DNA of 64,000 nt from Macrostomum lignano (GCA_002269645.1 NIVC01001135.1:289579-353578); one strand, 5' to 3'; shown: positions 12,861 through 25,964, counted from the first letter of the stretch. Made by a program: numbers and translations. Notes: generated from the sequence alone by a model not told the origin.

Positions 12861-13395
12861 TGTAAAGAAGATGAATTCAGACACGAAGTTATTTTTCTCC
12901 ACTTAAATCGCTCGCTTTTAACAAAGAAAGCATTTTTAGAAACTACAAATACCTTTGCATTACTATAGCATGCCTGTGCTACAGTCAATATTTATCTTAA
13001 AGTGCAAAGCGCTCTACAGCAACAATATTGGAGCTCGCGGCTACAATATCGGTTTTTATCCTTGCTGCACTTGCTAATTTGCTTCTGGTTAGACAGGGAT
13101 CCCAGGATCAGGATTTTTACAATGGTTTGGCTGCACAGGTAGTTAATAAAAAATTAAACAGGCGTGGACGTGGCTGTTTCAACATCTCAAATATAGTCAA
13201 TCGTAAAAACGGAGACAGGGAGACCGAGAGCTGGCTGATGCAGCAGCAATCAGCTGATTTTGTGGCTTGAGTTCAATGAATTCAGTGCATCGATCAGTCA
13301 GACTCCCCACCAGTTTTGTGTCAAGTACAGCTTAGGAATCAATCAATAAACCAATATTTCTAACCGTTTCAAAACCAATCAAAATATCAAACAAA

Positions 13396-13539
13396 CAATC
13401 AATCAATCAATCAATCAGTCAATCTATCAACCAATCAACCAATCAACCAACCAATCAACCAATCAACCAACCAATCAATCAATCAATCAGTCAATCAATC
13501 AACCAATCAACCAACCAATCAACCAATCAACCAACCAAT

Positions 13540-13594
<55 letters not shown>

Positions 13595-13630
13595 CCAACC
13601 AATCAATCAATCAACCAATCAATCAATCAA

Positions 13631-13710
<80 letters not shown>

Positions 13711-14272
13711 CCAACCAATCAATCAACCAATCAACCAACCAATCAACCAACCAATCAATCAAACAATCAATCAGTCAATCAATCAACCAATCAATCAGTC
13801 AATCAACCAACCAATCAATCAATCAATCAACCAATCAATCGACCAATCAATCAATCAACCAATCAACCAACCAATCAACCAACCAATCAATCAAACAATC
13901 AACCAACCAACCAATCAACCAACCAATCAACCATCAATCAATCAACCAATCAATCAACCAATCAATCAGTCAATCAACCAACCAATCAACCAACCAATCA
14001 ACCAACCAATCAACCAACCAATCAATCAAACAATCAACCAACCAATCAACCATCAATCAATCAACCAATCAATCAACCAATCAATCAGTCAATCAACCAA
14101 CCAATCAACCAACCAATCAACCAACCAATCAATCAAACAATCAACCAACCAATCAACCATCAATCAATCAACCAATCAATCAACCAATCAATCAGTCAAT
14201 CAACCAACCAATCAACCAACCAATCAACCAACCAATCAACCAACCAATCAATCAAACAATCAATCTCCATCA
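13396..14272. repeat. (CAAT)n/(CAAC)n compound microsatellite
   Basis: About 870 bp of interleaved tetramers. Confidence 0.96.
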
Positions 14273-14728
14273 ATAAAAAATCAATAATTCAACCAGTTTA
14301 ACTACGAGCGTAGTTTAATCATTTTGATATTATAATTAGGCCCTACATCAGCATTTTGAGAAACGTGAGAAATCTCAAGGTGCAAAGGGGATATTGAGAT
14401 GAATGGAGACCCTCCGTCCGTCCGACAGTCAGAATTTTCACTTAAACAGATTCACAGTTTGTCTTCATCTTAAAACAGCCTCTTCTAACAGACAGAAGCT
14501 CAGCGAAAATCAATAATTCTTGAGTTGTGAGGCAGCTCTGTATTAGAAATCTTGCAGGATTCAGAATGATCGACACAATGACCAAAACTCGATACACTGG
14601 ACGGACACGACTCCGCACTTAGCACAGGAAAAATTCAATATTTCAGTACTTCGTAAGAATTGCTAACAAAGGAGAGGTAACATTTAGGAGAATAACTACA
14701 AGAAGATTCTGACTTGGATTGTGATATG

Positions 14729-14793
<65 letters not shown>

Positions 14794-14970
14794 GGCAGAC
14801 TGACAGACTGACAGGCAGACAGTCAGACACGCACAGGCAGACAGGCAGACACGCACAGACAGACAGGCAGACACGCACAGGCAGACAGGCAGACACGCAC
14901 AGGCAGACAGGCAGACACGCACAGACAGACAGGCAGACACGCACAGGCAGACAGGCAGACACGCACAGGC
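14729..14970. repeat. (GACA)n microsatellite grading into ACAGGCAGACACGCAC-type repeats
   Basis: Seen directly. Confidence 0.92.
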
Positions 14971-15522
14971 ATCAGATCCAGTTCCACGCCATTCGCAGCC
15001 TGTCCCAGAGCAGGCGGCAGAGCCCCCAGAGCGCAGCCAAGCCACACAATGGCGGGCTGCCAGCAGCTTGGCACTCAGCCGCTCCGCACAGGCGCGGCCA
15101 AACAAATTCGCCACTTCCGCAGAATCGCCGGGCAGCGCGGGCTGCCAGCTGTCAGCCAGGGAGGGAAGGCACCGCGGGGTCGACCAGATCCCCATCCCCA
15201 CTTTACCTACCTTTCGGGAGTTGTTGTGCTCAGCCTCTTCACTGGGGCCATTGTTAAAAGCCACTTTGTCACTATGCCAGATAAAGCTCCCAGCCTCTGA
15301 GGAAAGCGCTGCGTCAAAGCAGATCGCAGCATGTCATTTTTTGGCTTTCAATTCAAAAAGTAAAAAGATTGAAGCTTCTTTTACTCCTTTGTCGAAGCAG
15401 ACGGCCGCTGCATGATCTGTCAATTAATTTCCACTTTGGCTGCCAGCCTCAGCACGCATTGCAGCCGCACTAATGAAGCTCTTCTTCTAGATGAACTTGA
15501 GGGGGGTTGAGTTTAAAAGCTC

Positions 15523-17007
15523 AGCCTCCGCTCACTGAACTGCCGCTATACCCCTCGGAGCTCAGTGAACTGCCGCTATACCCCTCGGAGCTCAGTGAAC
15601 TGCCGCTTTACCCCTCGGAGCTCAGTGAACTGCCGCTATACCCCTCGGAGCTCAGTGAACTGCCGCTTTACCCCTCGGAGCTCAGTGAACTGCCGCTTTA
15701 CCCCTCGGAGCTCAGTGAACTGCCGCTTTACCCCTCGGAGCTCAGTGAACTGCCGCTTTACCCCTCGGAGCTCAGTGAACTGCCGCTATCCCTCGGAGCT
15801 CAGTGAACTGCCGCTATACCCCTCGGAGCTCAGTGAACTGCCGCTATACCCCTCGGAGCTCAGTGAACTGCCGCTATACCCCTCGGAGCTCAGTGAACTG
15901 CCGCTATATCCCTCGGAGCTCAGTGAACTGCCGCTTTACCCCTCGGAGCTCAGTGAACTGCCGCTATACCCCTCGGAGCTCAGTGAACTGCCGCTTTACC
16001 CCTCGGAGCTCAGTGAACTGCCGCTATACCCTCGGAGCTCAGTGAACTGCCGCTTTACCCCTCGGAGCTCAGTGAACTGCCGCTATACCCTCGGAGCTCA
16101 GTGAACTGCCGCTTTACCCCTCGGAGCTCAGTGAACTGCCGCTTTACCCCTCGGAGCTCAGTGAACTGCCGCTATACCCCTCGGAGCTCAGTGAACTGCC
16201 GCTTTACCCCTCGGAGCTCAGTGAACTGCCGCTATACCCCTCGGAGCTCAGTGAACTGCCGCTATACCCCTCGGAGCTCAGTGAACTGCCGCTATACCCC
16301 TCGGAGCTCAGTGAACTGCCGCTATATCCCTCGGAGCTCAGTGAACTGCCGCTTTACCCCTCGGAGCTCAGTGAACTGCCGCTATACCCCTCGGAGCTCA
16401 GTGAACTGCCGCTTTACCCCTCGGAGCTCAGTGAACTGCCGCTTTACCCCTCGGAGCTCAGTGAACTGCCGCTATACCCCTCGGAGCTCAGTGAACTGCC
16501 GCTTTACCCCTCGGAGCTCAGTGAACTGCCGCTATACCCCTCGGAGCTCAGTGAACTGCCGCTTTACCCCTCGGAGCTCAGTGAACTGCCGCTTTACCCC
16601 TCGGAGCTCAGTGAACTGCCGCTTTACCCCTCGGAGCTCAGTGAACTGCCGCTATCCCTCGGAGCTCAGTGAACTGCCGCTATACCCCTCGGAGCTCAGT
16701 GAACTGCCGCTATACCCCTCGGAGCTCAGTGAACTGCCGCTATACCCCTCGGAGCTCAGTGAACTGCCGCTATATCCCTCGGAGCTCAGTGAACTGCCGC
16801 TTTACCCCTCGGAGCTCAGTGAACTGCCGCTATACCCCTCGGAGCTCAGTGAACTGCCGCTATCCCTCGGAGCTCAGTGAACTGCCGCTATATCCCTCGG
16901 AGCTCAGTGAACTGCCGCTATACCCTCGGAGCTTAGTGAACTGCCGCTATACCCCTCGGAGCTCAGTGAACTGCCGCTATCCCTCGGAGCTCAGTAAACT
17001 GCCGCTA
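15523..17007. repeat. 30-bp minisatellite (CCCCTCGGAGCTCAGTGAACTGCCGCT(A/T)TA)n
   Basis: About 49 copies, with occasional 1-bp-shorter units. No unique spacers. Confidence 0.97.
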
Positions 17008-17161
17008 TCCAACATCGCTCCCGAAATAGGCGGTGTTCAATTATTTCAGCATCGCTTGTGTGGCACAAGAGCCTGTCAGAAAACAAACAGCTTTGAACCT
17101 CTTCAGAATTGAATTGTTGCTTCGATTCGAAGGCCCAATGTACTGAAGTATTAAATATCTG

Positions 17162-17163
<2 letters not shown>

Positions 17164-17199
<36 letters not shown>

Positions 17200-17298
17200 A
17201 CCTCGCACATATAGATAAGGATATAAATATATAATTTATATTCCGCAACACAGAAATCCAATTCCCTAGATTTCTGACTGGGAGCAAGGATGGAAGAA

Positions 17299-17333
<35 letters not shown>
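17164..17333. repeat. (TC)n tract at 17164-17196 and (GA)n tract at 17304-17333
   Basis: Two dinucleotide tracts in complementary orientation. Confidence 0.9.
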
Positions 17334-17338
<5 letters not shown>

Positions 17339-17947
17339 CCGCGAAGAAAAGTAGAAGCGGATGCGCGAAGAAGCCTGGAGAGCGGTGGCGGGCCATTAAG
17401 GACTTATCTGATTATGAAAGAGGCGCAGCTCTCCAGCATAAATTAATGCCATAGTCTCATTCAGACAGGCGTCATAGCCTTAGGGGCAAGTGATGAAGCG
17501 AATGTATATATAGAGAAAGAAGAAATGCAGTCTTTCACTAAAGCCGGTGGGTCTCCTATCGCTCATAGCTACCATGGATTCGAACGGGAAGAGCAAGAGA
17601 GCTAGGGGGGTTGGGGGTTCCGCGCACACAGGATCGGCAAAATTCGAATAGAGAAGAAATTCGAAACGACTTGCAGAGATTAGCGACATGCCCATGGTAG
17701 CGAGGGAACTGGGGAGACGGGGGGGGGACGAAATCTCATTTTGAATCGAGTTGCGGGGGGAGTCAATCTGTATCAGCTCAGCCTTAATCCTCAGCTCTGT
17801 GACTCTCCCTGCCGTCTGTCATTCTCCGGGCCACCACTGCTTCGGGACCGAGTCTGCACGCGAGCCTCTGTTGAAAAGGGCCACTGGGTCGATTCAGGTA
17901 AACGGGGTATTCTTTGTGGAGCTCATTGGGATACATTACACGTAAGG

Positions 17948-18020
17948 GAAGGGCCGTAGCCTACCAGTAGTCTGGCGGCGGCACTGTGATGTGCCAGCGG
18001 CCCAGGCTCGATTCCAAGTG
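17948..18020 (+). other. Degenerate tRNA-like / SINE-head relic
   Basis: GGCCGTAGCC start, stem GGCAC-TGTGAT-GTGCC, B-box-like CCCAGGCTCGATTCC. The T-stem is imperfect. Confidence 0.3.
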
Positions 18021-20156
18021 CAGTCACATTTATTTAGGGCTAAATTGAAATCTCGGCTTGGCTCTGCTCGTGCAATTAACGGCCTTATAATTGAGGGCCA
18101 ACCTCCCAGGCACAGTGAAGTGTACATGCCTAACGATAAATAAAGTTAGGGCCGCTGTACACTCCTGTGTGAGTGCCTGTGCGTATGACTGCGTACGTAT
18201 CCGCGCGCTTGCGTGCCTGCTAAGGGGGGTCGGCGGAGTGGACAGTAATGCCTCTCGCTGGTTGGTGACAATGTCGCTTAAAAAGTACTTCATACACAAG
18301 TAAAAAATGGAGATACATTGAGCAGCTAATTGAAGACTCTGTATGAATCTCAATGGCGATTCTGTGCATGCGGAGCTCATTTGTTAAACTGAAACTCCAA
18401 ACTATTCTGACGGAGACCAAATCACAAAAATCAAGCCGCCCACTCACGTGCAGTCAGGCGAATCGGAGAGAACAGTACGCTTCGCACACAATTAGCCAAA
18501 GCCCAATAGTGTTTTGTCCGAGGCAGGCAGGATTCTAATGGTCCGGCAGGTTTTACAATTGCTCAGTCAGTTTTACAACCCAGCGCGGTGTTTTTGGCAA
18601 ATTAATGCCGTGCTCGCGGGGCTCCATAGAGCGGACAGCCTCGCTATGCTGCTTTTGTGCAAGGCTGCCTGCTGTGAACGGTTTGGCTGAAGACCAGCCG
18701 GATTGGCCAGGCGGTCAGCCAACCACTTAGGAGATGAGAGCCAGTGCGGGGAGCAGAGAGACGGGAGCAGGGAAGCTGCACGGATGCAAGGTAAGGTGAA
18801 GGGGAAGAGCAGGGCGAAACACGTCCGGTACCCGTCGGAGAGGCGCTGGCAGATCGTGGCAGCCTGGGCTGGGAAATGAAAAAGTAGTAGAAAAAGGCCG
18901 TTCAAATTGAATGGGGTGGCGGCTGAGGGCGATGCCGAGCCATTGCGGCTGACTATGCGAGCGGCTGCAATTTTCTTTTTTCCTCTAGGCTAAAAATAAA
19001 ACAAATCAAATCAAATGAAGTCTGCATGGCTCAACGAACAGACGAGTTGACGGATGAGAAAGTCGGAGATAGTGAGACAGCCGGCAACCCGCAGTCTGCA
19101 ATATCGAATGAGCGAGACAGATTCCTCGCGTAGGACCAGAGGCGTAGTCCCGTGCGAAAGTTGAGAAGCAACAGACAGACCGGAGTGAGATGAGGAGCGA
19201 GGGAATTTATTTTTTTCGCAACACTCAAACTCCAGCTCAGAGGGCAGAACCCGCCTGGATGATGAGGAGCGGAGGGGAATATAGAATGACCGTCAGTGAG
19301 ATTGGTTTAGACTCCAAGCTCGCCACACAAGCATTTGTCCTATTTTATTCCATTGGTCCGCCGCTCTACCGGCTGGGTCCACTTTTCTACTGAGTGAAAT
19401 GGAGCGGGGGCAGGGAGGGACCGCAGCAACTGGATGCAGAGAGGACTCGTCAGCATGCGGACTTCAGCCAGGCCTATACCCATGCGGGCCGCCTCCCCTT
19501 TTTAACAAAAAAGCAAGGAAATCCAATCTGCATCAAATTAATTGGCCTCGACTTCGGCTGCCAGAATGCGCGGGCGTCTCCTCCGGCAGAAGCAGCAGTT
19601 AATTTCGCTCGGCAGACCAAACTACGTACAAGGCTTGCCCCGATATGGCTGGCTGGGTAGCAACGGAATTCCAAGGGAAAACTTGTTTTCTGCAGTACGC
19701 GATGAAGCCGCAACGTTCGGTCGGGTTACAGAGGATGACGCATTGGCATGGCAACAGAGCTTAGCGGACACGGAAACCGGAGAAGAGAGACAAACTCCTT
19801 CGTCTAAGCCCAGCTGTCGCAATTGGTAGCAAAGTTGCTCAGCTGGTTTGAGTTGCACTGACCGAGCGCGATAATTAGGGTGGGCGGACACGCCAGAGTA
19901 TACGAGCTGTGCTCTCGCTGGGCTTGGCTACGAATTTACTGACTGACTCTGCTTTGTCGCGCGCCAAGTTTGCAGTTTAAATTCTCTGAAAAAACTATAG
20001 AACTGCGCTAGAAAGCTTCATGTACTACTTGGACTGATTCGAAAAGTAGAGTATGTTGCTATTAACTACTATCAGTCTAATAATAATACATGCATAGAAC
20101 TGACGTTATGCATGATGTTTCCCTATCTCGATGCGGTGCAACAGCTTGGCTCGCAC

Positions 20157-20446
20157 CAGGGGCGTCGCCATCGGGGGGGGGGCGACACATGTCCCCCCCC
20201 CCCCAGTAAAAGGTATGGGGGAATGCCAATGCTGTCCCCCTCTGCGCCCTACTTTGTGACCCGTTATGGAAATCAATAATCTTGCTTCAGGGCGCCAAAA
20301 TAGGAGCTAAATGAGTGCCTGCGGCGCCAAAATGAGTGCCTACGGCGCCAAAATGAGTGCCTGCGGCGCCAAAATGAGTGCCTACGGCGCCAAAGAACTC
20401 CCCACCATAGAATCCATGGCAAGGCCACTGGCCATGACGACACTGG
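20157..20446. mobile_element. Small MITE-like element with a G-tract/C-tract hairpin and internal 21-bp repeats
   Basis: CAGGGGCGTCGCCA start, G-run/ACATGT/C-run fold-back, about 4 copies of GGCGCCAAAATGAGTGCCT(G/A)C, weak inverted end TGACGACACTG. No TSD seen. Confidence 0.4.
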
Positions 20447-20804
20447 ATAACTAATTGTCGAAAATGCCCCATTAACCAGAAATCAAGCGACTTCTCGAAG
20501 CATGCTTTATTTATAGAATTTTTCGCTCAACCGTGCGGCCAGTTCCAGTGATAGTTGATTGATTGCGAGACAGTATAAAAATCTAAGTCAGATTTGGCGT
20601 TGAAACCGCGCAACCAAGAAAACGAAATTAGAATTATTAAATTCAACAAAGTTCTGAACTTCCCGATTAGATTACGAGAGTAGTGCCTTGAAAAACTTGT
20701 TGCTGGAGTTCAGAAAGAGTTTTGCTTCATCAAAAAAAAGTTTGAAGCAGGATGAAGGCTAACTAAGGCGTTTAACCAAAACTACCAGCCGGACTCCCGG
20801 GGCT

Positions 20805-21578
20805 TCAGCCGACGATCCACACGTCGCCAGTCTCGTTGGCGAAGGCGGTGGCGAACCTGCTGAGGCGGCAGAGGCCGCTGCTGCTGTTGAAGCGATAGGA
20901 GGAGCAGCTGGCAGACCGGGCGCAGGAGGCTGCGCACTGCATCAGACTCTGCGTCTTGACGTCCCAGCCCAAGGAGCCGGCGAATTCGGCAGTGGTGACC
21001 AGCGGAGGGGCGGCAGCGGCGGCGAACTTGCGGAAACGAAGACTCCGCGGGACTGCACGGGGCAAAATGGGTTCTGCCAATGGACGAGACAGGTTAAGAG
21101 ACTTGATAATTTAATTATAATCTCAGCTGAATGTGAACTCACTGGTTGAGTACACATTCTCGTAGACAGAGTTTCGGTACGATCCGCCGCAGACTTGGCT
21201 AGCATTTCCAGCACACTGATACATGCACTCAGATTCTGGTGCCGGACCCCAGGAGCCGTAGCTGGAGTCGCAGGCGCAGTAATTGATGCCCTGCACCGCA
21301 GAGTATCGAAAGCCGCCGTAGGTGCAGATCTCTCTGCACAGCTCCACCGTCATGTCGCTTCTTCTCACAAACCCGTTGAGCATGTAGGTGACGCTAAACG
21401 GTCCAAGCTGGGCAATGCCAAACAGACCCAGCACGTCCCTGTTAGGTAGAGCATAGTCAACAAAGCAGCCGACATAGACCCGAGTGGCCTTGCGCTGGCA
21501 CAGCGACTCAGAGGCCAGCAGAGCGACTACTGCAACAATAGCCAGGCTAAGACGCATGCCGAGTGGTTTTTGTGGCAT
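20805..21578 (-). CDS. Secreted WSC-domain + PAN/apple-like protein, 2 exons (21578-21143, 21073-20805), about 234 aa
   Basis: Signal peptide MRLSLAIVAVVALLA; WSC motifs YVGCFVD, MTVELCREIC, YCACDSSYG, ECMYQCAGNASQVCGGSYRNSVY. A 69-bp GTGAGT...CAG intron joins in phase to an exon with QCAASCARSASCSSYRFNSSSGLCRL (PAN-like CxxxC...C). Confidence 0.85.
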
Positions 21579-22181
21579 TCACTTGTGCAGCTTAACAGGG
21601 AGCGCAAAATTTGTTTCAATGTCTGCCGCTTTATAAATTGGTGATCAAGAAAGCATTGACTGCACACAATAGCCTCTAGAACGGATGCTAAAGCCTGCTG
21701 ACGGTTTCCAGGCTAAAAGCAAGAAACCGCAGAAGACCACCAGCTTCGCTACCGCTGACAAGAAAAATATTCTTTTCTTAAACAAAGTCAAGACGCGAAG
21801 ATGAATGCCGGAGGTAGAACATTCCGTAGGAAGGCCTCCGCGCAGAAACAAGATACAGAAAACGAGTTCCGCAGAGAACTTCACCGGAGGCGTCAAAGCT
21901 GCGCAGTAACGGAAGGCGTCACAGACGGGCACAAAAAAGTATCAAGAAAAGAAAAGCAGGAAAATTGGATGCGAGAGACATTTAGCGGAGTGGGCGTGAG
22001 AATGCTAAGAGATATGGTAATCGGATACTCATACACGGACGCTTATTTTATCTTGCCATTTGCTATGGCGACATTTTTCGGGCTATGCGAAAGATTTCGC
22101 GATCCAAACCTTTATTAGTCTACTAGTCTCAGTAGTCTAAATTGAATCTCACATCTCTGGTTTTACGAGCCGTAAGTCAGA

Positions 22182-22405
22182 CGTAGTTGAAGCCTAGTGG
22201 TTAGAACATCAGACTCACGACTGGAAAAGTTATGGGTTTGGTACTCACATTGCAGCTGAAACATGGGTACCAGCATTAGCTGGGGAAAATGAGGGCGTGT
22301 GTGGCGACCCCCCAGTCCTTGGACTGAACAGCCGTAAGCAGCCTTCAGATGCGCCGCGCAATAGCTGCGGCTGAGCTGTCGGTTTCACATCTGGCCATAA
22401 AACAT
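22182..22405 (+). mobile_element. tRNA-derived SINE
   Basis: tRNA-like head (GCCTAGTGGTTAGAACATCAGACTCACGACTGGAAAAGTTATGGGTTTG), central CAGCTGAAACATGGGTACCAGC resembling conserved SINE core domains, 3' tail ending GGCCATAAAAC. Confidence 0.55.
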
Positions 22406-22707
22406 TTTTATTAAGCCAAATATTTGCAACAATCATTTTTACAAATATTCATATTGACATACTGGACCCTCCGACAGGGGGACCGCGCTGCTGCGGACCA
22501 CCGGCACTACCGGATTGCTGGAAAACGAAGCCTGCTCATACATGCAAATGCCGATAAGAAAATGAGTCACTAAATTAACATCTCCATAATTTTCGTAACT
22601 AAACATTCAAGGCAGTCATAATTACTATAGTTATTATATTAAAGACTAAAGAGAATAGGAACTCGGTACAAAATGCACTATGCTGAAAATTGCTATATCG
22701 CAAGCGG

Positions 22708-23505
22708 CTATTTCTCCGATTCAAATGCAGCTGAAAACTCCACCAGCACTTGTCTAACAGCTTCGGGATCCAGACGGTTGCTCAGCTGATTGATGCTCGC
22801 AGCCAGCCGCTGCTCCGCTGTAGCGCCTTCCGGACCATCGCCAGCATCGGCTGTCGATGCCAGTTGAGGAAAAGCTTCGACTACCCGGCGGCAAAGGTCG
22901 GCCAGCCCGGCAGTCAGCAGCTCAGCGTCGGCTTCTTCTGCGTCCCGGCGAGCCAGCAGATCAGCGACAGCGTCAGCCAGGTCCTCGGTGTGGCGAGCCC
23001 GCAGCAGGGCCTCCTCCTCGCGCACGATGACGGAGCGGCGCAGCTGGCGCGCGAGCTTTTCGCGCTGCGCATTCAGCCGGAGAAAATCGTCCGTGAAAAT
23101 CCGCACAGCGCCTGGCGGCAGCGGCGCCTGCCCAGACGGCAACTCCGGGCCGGATGCGGAGCCGCCGCCCCGGGCCCGACGTCGGGACTGGCTGCCACCT
23201 CCGCCGCTGCGGGCGCCGCCGCCGCCGCCGCCAGCAGCGCGCGAGCGGCCACCTCCCGCTTTTGTCGCGGGTCTTCGGGCAGCTTTGCCGGACTTTGCCT
23301 TGGCCGTCGCAGAGGTTCGCGATCGCTGGCCGCCGCCCCCTCCGCCTTGATTAACCCGACGTGCAGCCGCTGCCCCGTCCTCCATGGTCAAGATGGGCGG
23401 CTCCTGAAAGGCCGCGTTTGCAGTAACGGAAGCAGCGGGTTCTGCTGAGGAAGAAGCGGATGCTGATGTCGATGTTGCTGCTGTCGTTGCTGTGTCGCTG
23501 GACAT
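22708..23505 (-). CDS. HMG20/BRAF35-like coiled-coil protein without a recognisable HMG box (ORF open to 23607)
   Basis: IFTDDFLRLNAQREKLARQLRRSVIVREEEALLRARHTEDLADAVADL aligns by eye to the HMG20A/B C-terminal block IPIFTEEFLDH.KAREAELRQLRKSN.E.EE.NA.L.KH.E.M..AVEKL. The N-terminal half is Ala/Gly/Arg low complexity. Confidence 0.65.
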   Translation of the reverse strand: MSSDTATTAATSTSASASSSAEPAASVTANAAFQEPPILTMEDGAAAARRVNQGGGGGGQRSRTSATAKAKSGKAARRPATKAGGGRSRAAGGGGGGARSGGGGSQSRRRARGGGSASGPELPSGQAPLPPGAVRIFTDDFLRLNAQREKLARQLRRSVIVREEEALLRARHTEDLADAVADLLARRDAEEADAELLTAGLADLCRRVVEAFPQLASTADAGDGPEGATAEQRLAASINQLSNRLDPEAVRQVLVEFSAAFESEK

Positions 23506-23616
23506 GACTGCTGGATAGCAGGTGCTGTGGGAGTTTGGGGTCAAAAAGTCACCATTAAACATTGTCAGCCCCACTATCCCAGTCTTGAAGTGTCGCTTTA
23601 AAGACACGCACCTGGT

Positions 23617-24064
23617 ATTGTCAGCTCCGAAATCTCACCCCTTGATTGTCAGCTCCGAAATCTCACCCCTTGATTGTCAGCTCCGAAATCTGACCCCTTG
23701 ATTGTCAGCTCCGAAATCTCACCCCTTGATTGTCAGCTCCGAAATCTCACCCCTTGATTGTCAGCTCCGAAATCTCACCCCTTGATTGTCAGCTCCGAAA
23801 TCTCACCCCTAGATTGCCAGCTCCGAAATCTCACCCCTTGATTGTCAGCTCCGAAATCTCACCCCTAGATTGCCAGCTCCGAAATCTCACCCCTAGATTG
23901 TCAGCTCCGAAATCTCACCCTAGATTGTCAGCTCCGAAATCTCACCCCTAGATTGCCAGCTCCGAAATCTCACCCCTAGATTGCCAGCTCCGAAATCTCA
24001 CCCCTAGATTGCCAGCTTTGAAATCTCACCCTAGATTGCCAGCTCCGAAATCTCACCCCTAGAT
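23617..24064. repeat. 28-bp minisatellite (TTGATTGTCAGCTCCGAAATCTCACCCC)n
   Basis: About 16 copies. Confidence 0.95.
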
Positions 24065-24507
24065 TGTTGGCCAGGAATGTTTTTATTGGCTAGTCAAATA
24101 CAACCAGGACAGATTACAAGAGTCAGCAAATTATTAATAGCAATAAACATGAGACTTTCTTCAGGGCTGAAGCTGGACGATGCGCCCATCATTAATTATA
24201 TATTATCAAACGGCAGTTTAGCCGTCACAAACAAGTCAGCAGTTTATATTCTCATGGCCAGTGTTGCGAATAGCATTGGAACCTGGGTTAAGATTGCAGC
24301 GCAATGAGCGATATGGCGATGATGCAGAAGCACCATTTAATATATTCAGTTAGGAAATTGTAAAACGCAAAGGACAACAAAAAATTGGCATATATTTTAT
24401 ATAGAATGCTCGGACTGGAACATGCAGTGCATGGTACGTTATAATAAAACCAAGTCAATGCAAAATGCACAACGAAAACCGTGTTTTTCATATTGCATCG
24501 GAAAATA

Positions 24508-25964
24508 TTAATAATGAAAATGCTCCATCGATACTACTAGACAGTAGGGAAAATAATTGGCGGAGTTTGCTTGAAAATAACAACCGATTGAACACAGATG
24601 GACCAACAGAGATCCAACAAAGACTAAATAGAACATAAAAATAGAATCCCGCTCAAGCAAAAGACTCCCCGTTCTCCTTGTCGCCGCCCTGCCGCGCTGC
24701 TGCTGTCGGAGTCGCCTGCGGCGCGGCGAGGCGACGTTTTTAAATTTGCGCTGCAAAGCGGCGGCAATGATGGCGGCGGGTCGCCGCTGATTGGCGACTG
24801 GCGCCGCTCCTGCGCCGCGGGTCCTGCGCCCGGTTGCGCGGCTTCAGCGGCGTCCGCCGGGCGACTTGTCCTGCGGGTTGGCCGCAGGCGGACTTTGCCG
24901 ATGTCGGCCAGCAGGGCGCCATGTCGATAGCCGGCATCGTCGGCGGCTTGGAGCCCGACGGCGAAGCTGCTGCGGCACCGCCATCGCCGGCGTTCCGGCC
25001 GCGGCGCGGAATCACTAACGGGGTTGGCGGCGGCGGCGGTGGTGGCGGCGGAGGCGCAGGTGGCGGTGGCGGCGGCGGCGCACGAAATGGCGCCTGCGGC
25101 GGCTCCTGCTTGGCGGAGCTCTCCTGGGCGGACACGAGGCGGGCCACCTGCTCGCGCAGGGCTGCCAGCTCAGCCTCCAGGCGCTGCAGCTTCTCCAGTG
25201 CGGCCGGATCTGTCGATGCTGGGCATTCGGTAACGACGGCGGCGGCGGCCGCCGAACAGGACGAAGTCCTCGGCTGAGGCGGCTCCGGCGTTGAAGCGTC
25301 GCAGAACGGAGAGTCGGCGTCGGCGTCCTCGGCTGCCAATGGCTGGTTGGTGGGGCTGAGACCGTAGCACAGCCGGTAGGGACCCTGCAGGCGCACCATG
25401 CGGTTGGGCTCCTGCAGCTCCAGCCAGGCCGGCTCCTCAGTCAGCTCGGCGCCGCCGCCCCCCTCGCAGTCCTCCACTTCATCGCCCTCGCTGGCCGACG
25501 ATGAGAAACCGTCGCCAAAGACCGACGCGCCCAGGCCGTCGTCGTCGTCCTCGGGAAACAGTCGGCCCTCCTCGTCGAAAAGGACAACTGGCGGGTCCTG
25601 CTGCTCAGCGGCGCAGCTATCGTGCTCAAGCTCATCGCAGACGGCTTCATCAGGCGGTGGCTGCAGCAGCGCCGGCATGAGGCGCAGCCGGCCAGCAGAT
25701 TCCGAAGTCCGGCAGACCGGCGCCAATCCGGACAGGGCGCGAAACAGGCGCCGTCTGAGCTTACAAATCAAAGCCGGCGCCAGGCAGCTGTGCAGCCAGG
25801 AGGGCAGCGGCTCGGCGGCCAGTTGCAGCAGCCGCAGGAGGGCAGCGGCCCCGGCTAGGTGACTTGCCAGCAGGCCGGCCCTAGCCAGCTGCCGCGGCAG
25901 ATGAGGCTGCTGCCACAGTGCGACAGCCTCGAGCAGCAGAAGAGGCGGGTGTAGACGGGGTCAT
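24508..25964 (-). CDS. MTFR1/FAM54 (mitochondrial fission regulator)-like gene with frameshifts
   Basis: AALEKLQRLEAELAALREQVARLV, then poly-Pro; in shifted frames LLADIGKVRLRP and DPAAIIAAALQRKF, matching the family motif order. At least two 1-bp shifts (near 24917 and 24780). The 5' end is uncertain: the ORF track starts at TTG 25771 but the frame is open to about 25960. Confidence 0.65.

Noticed and set aside
15507-17112. Long ORFs (NCRFTPRSSV / PSELSELPLY repeats), and similar ORFs at 9109, 12135-12988, 14635-14962, 23730 and 51639-52069
   Set aside because: Translations of tandem repeats whose units lack stop codons; no independent coding evidence.
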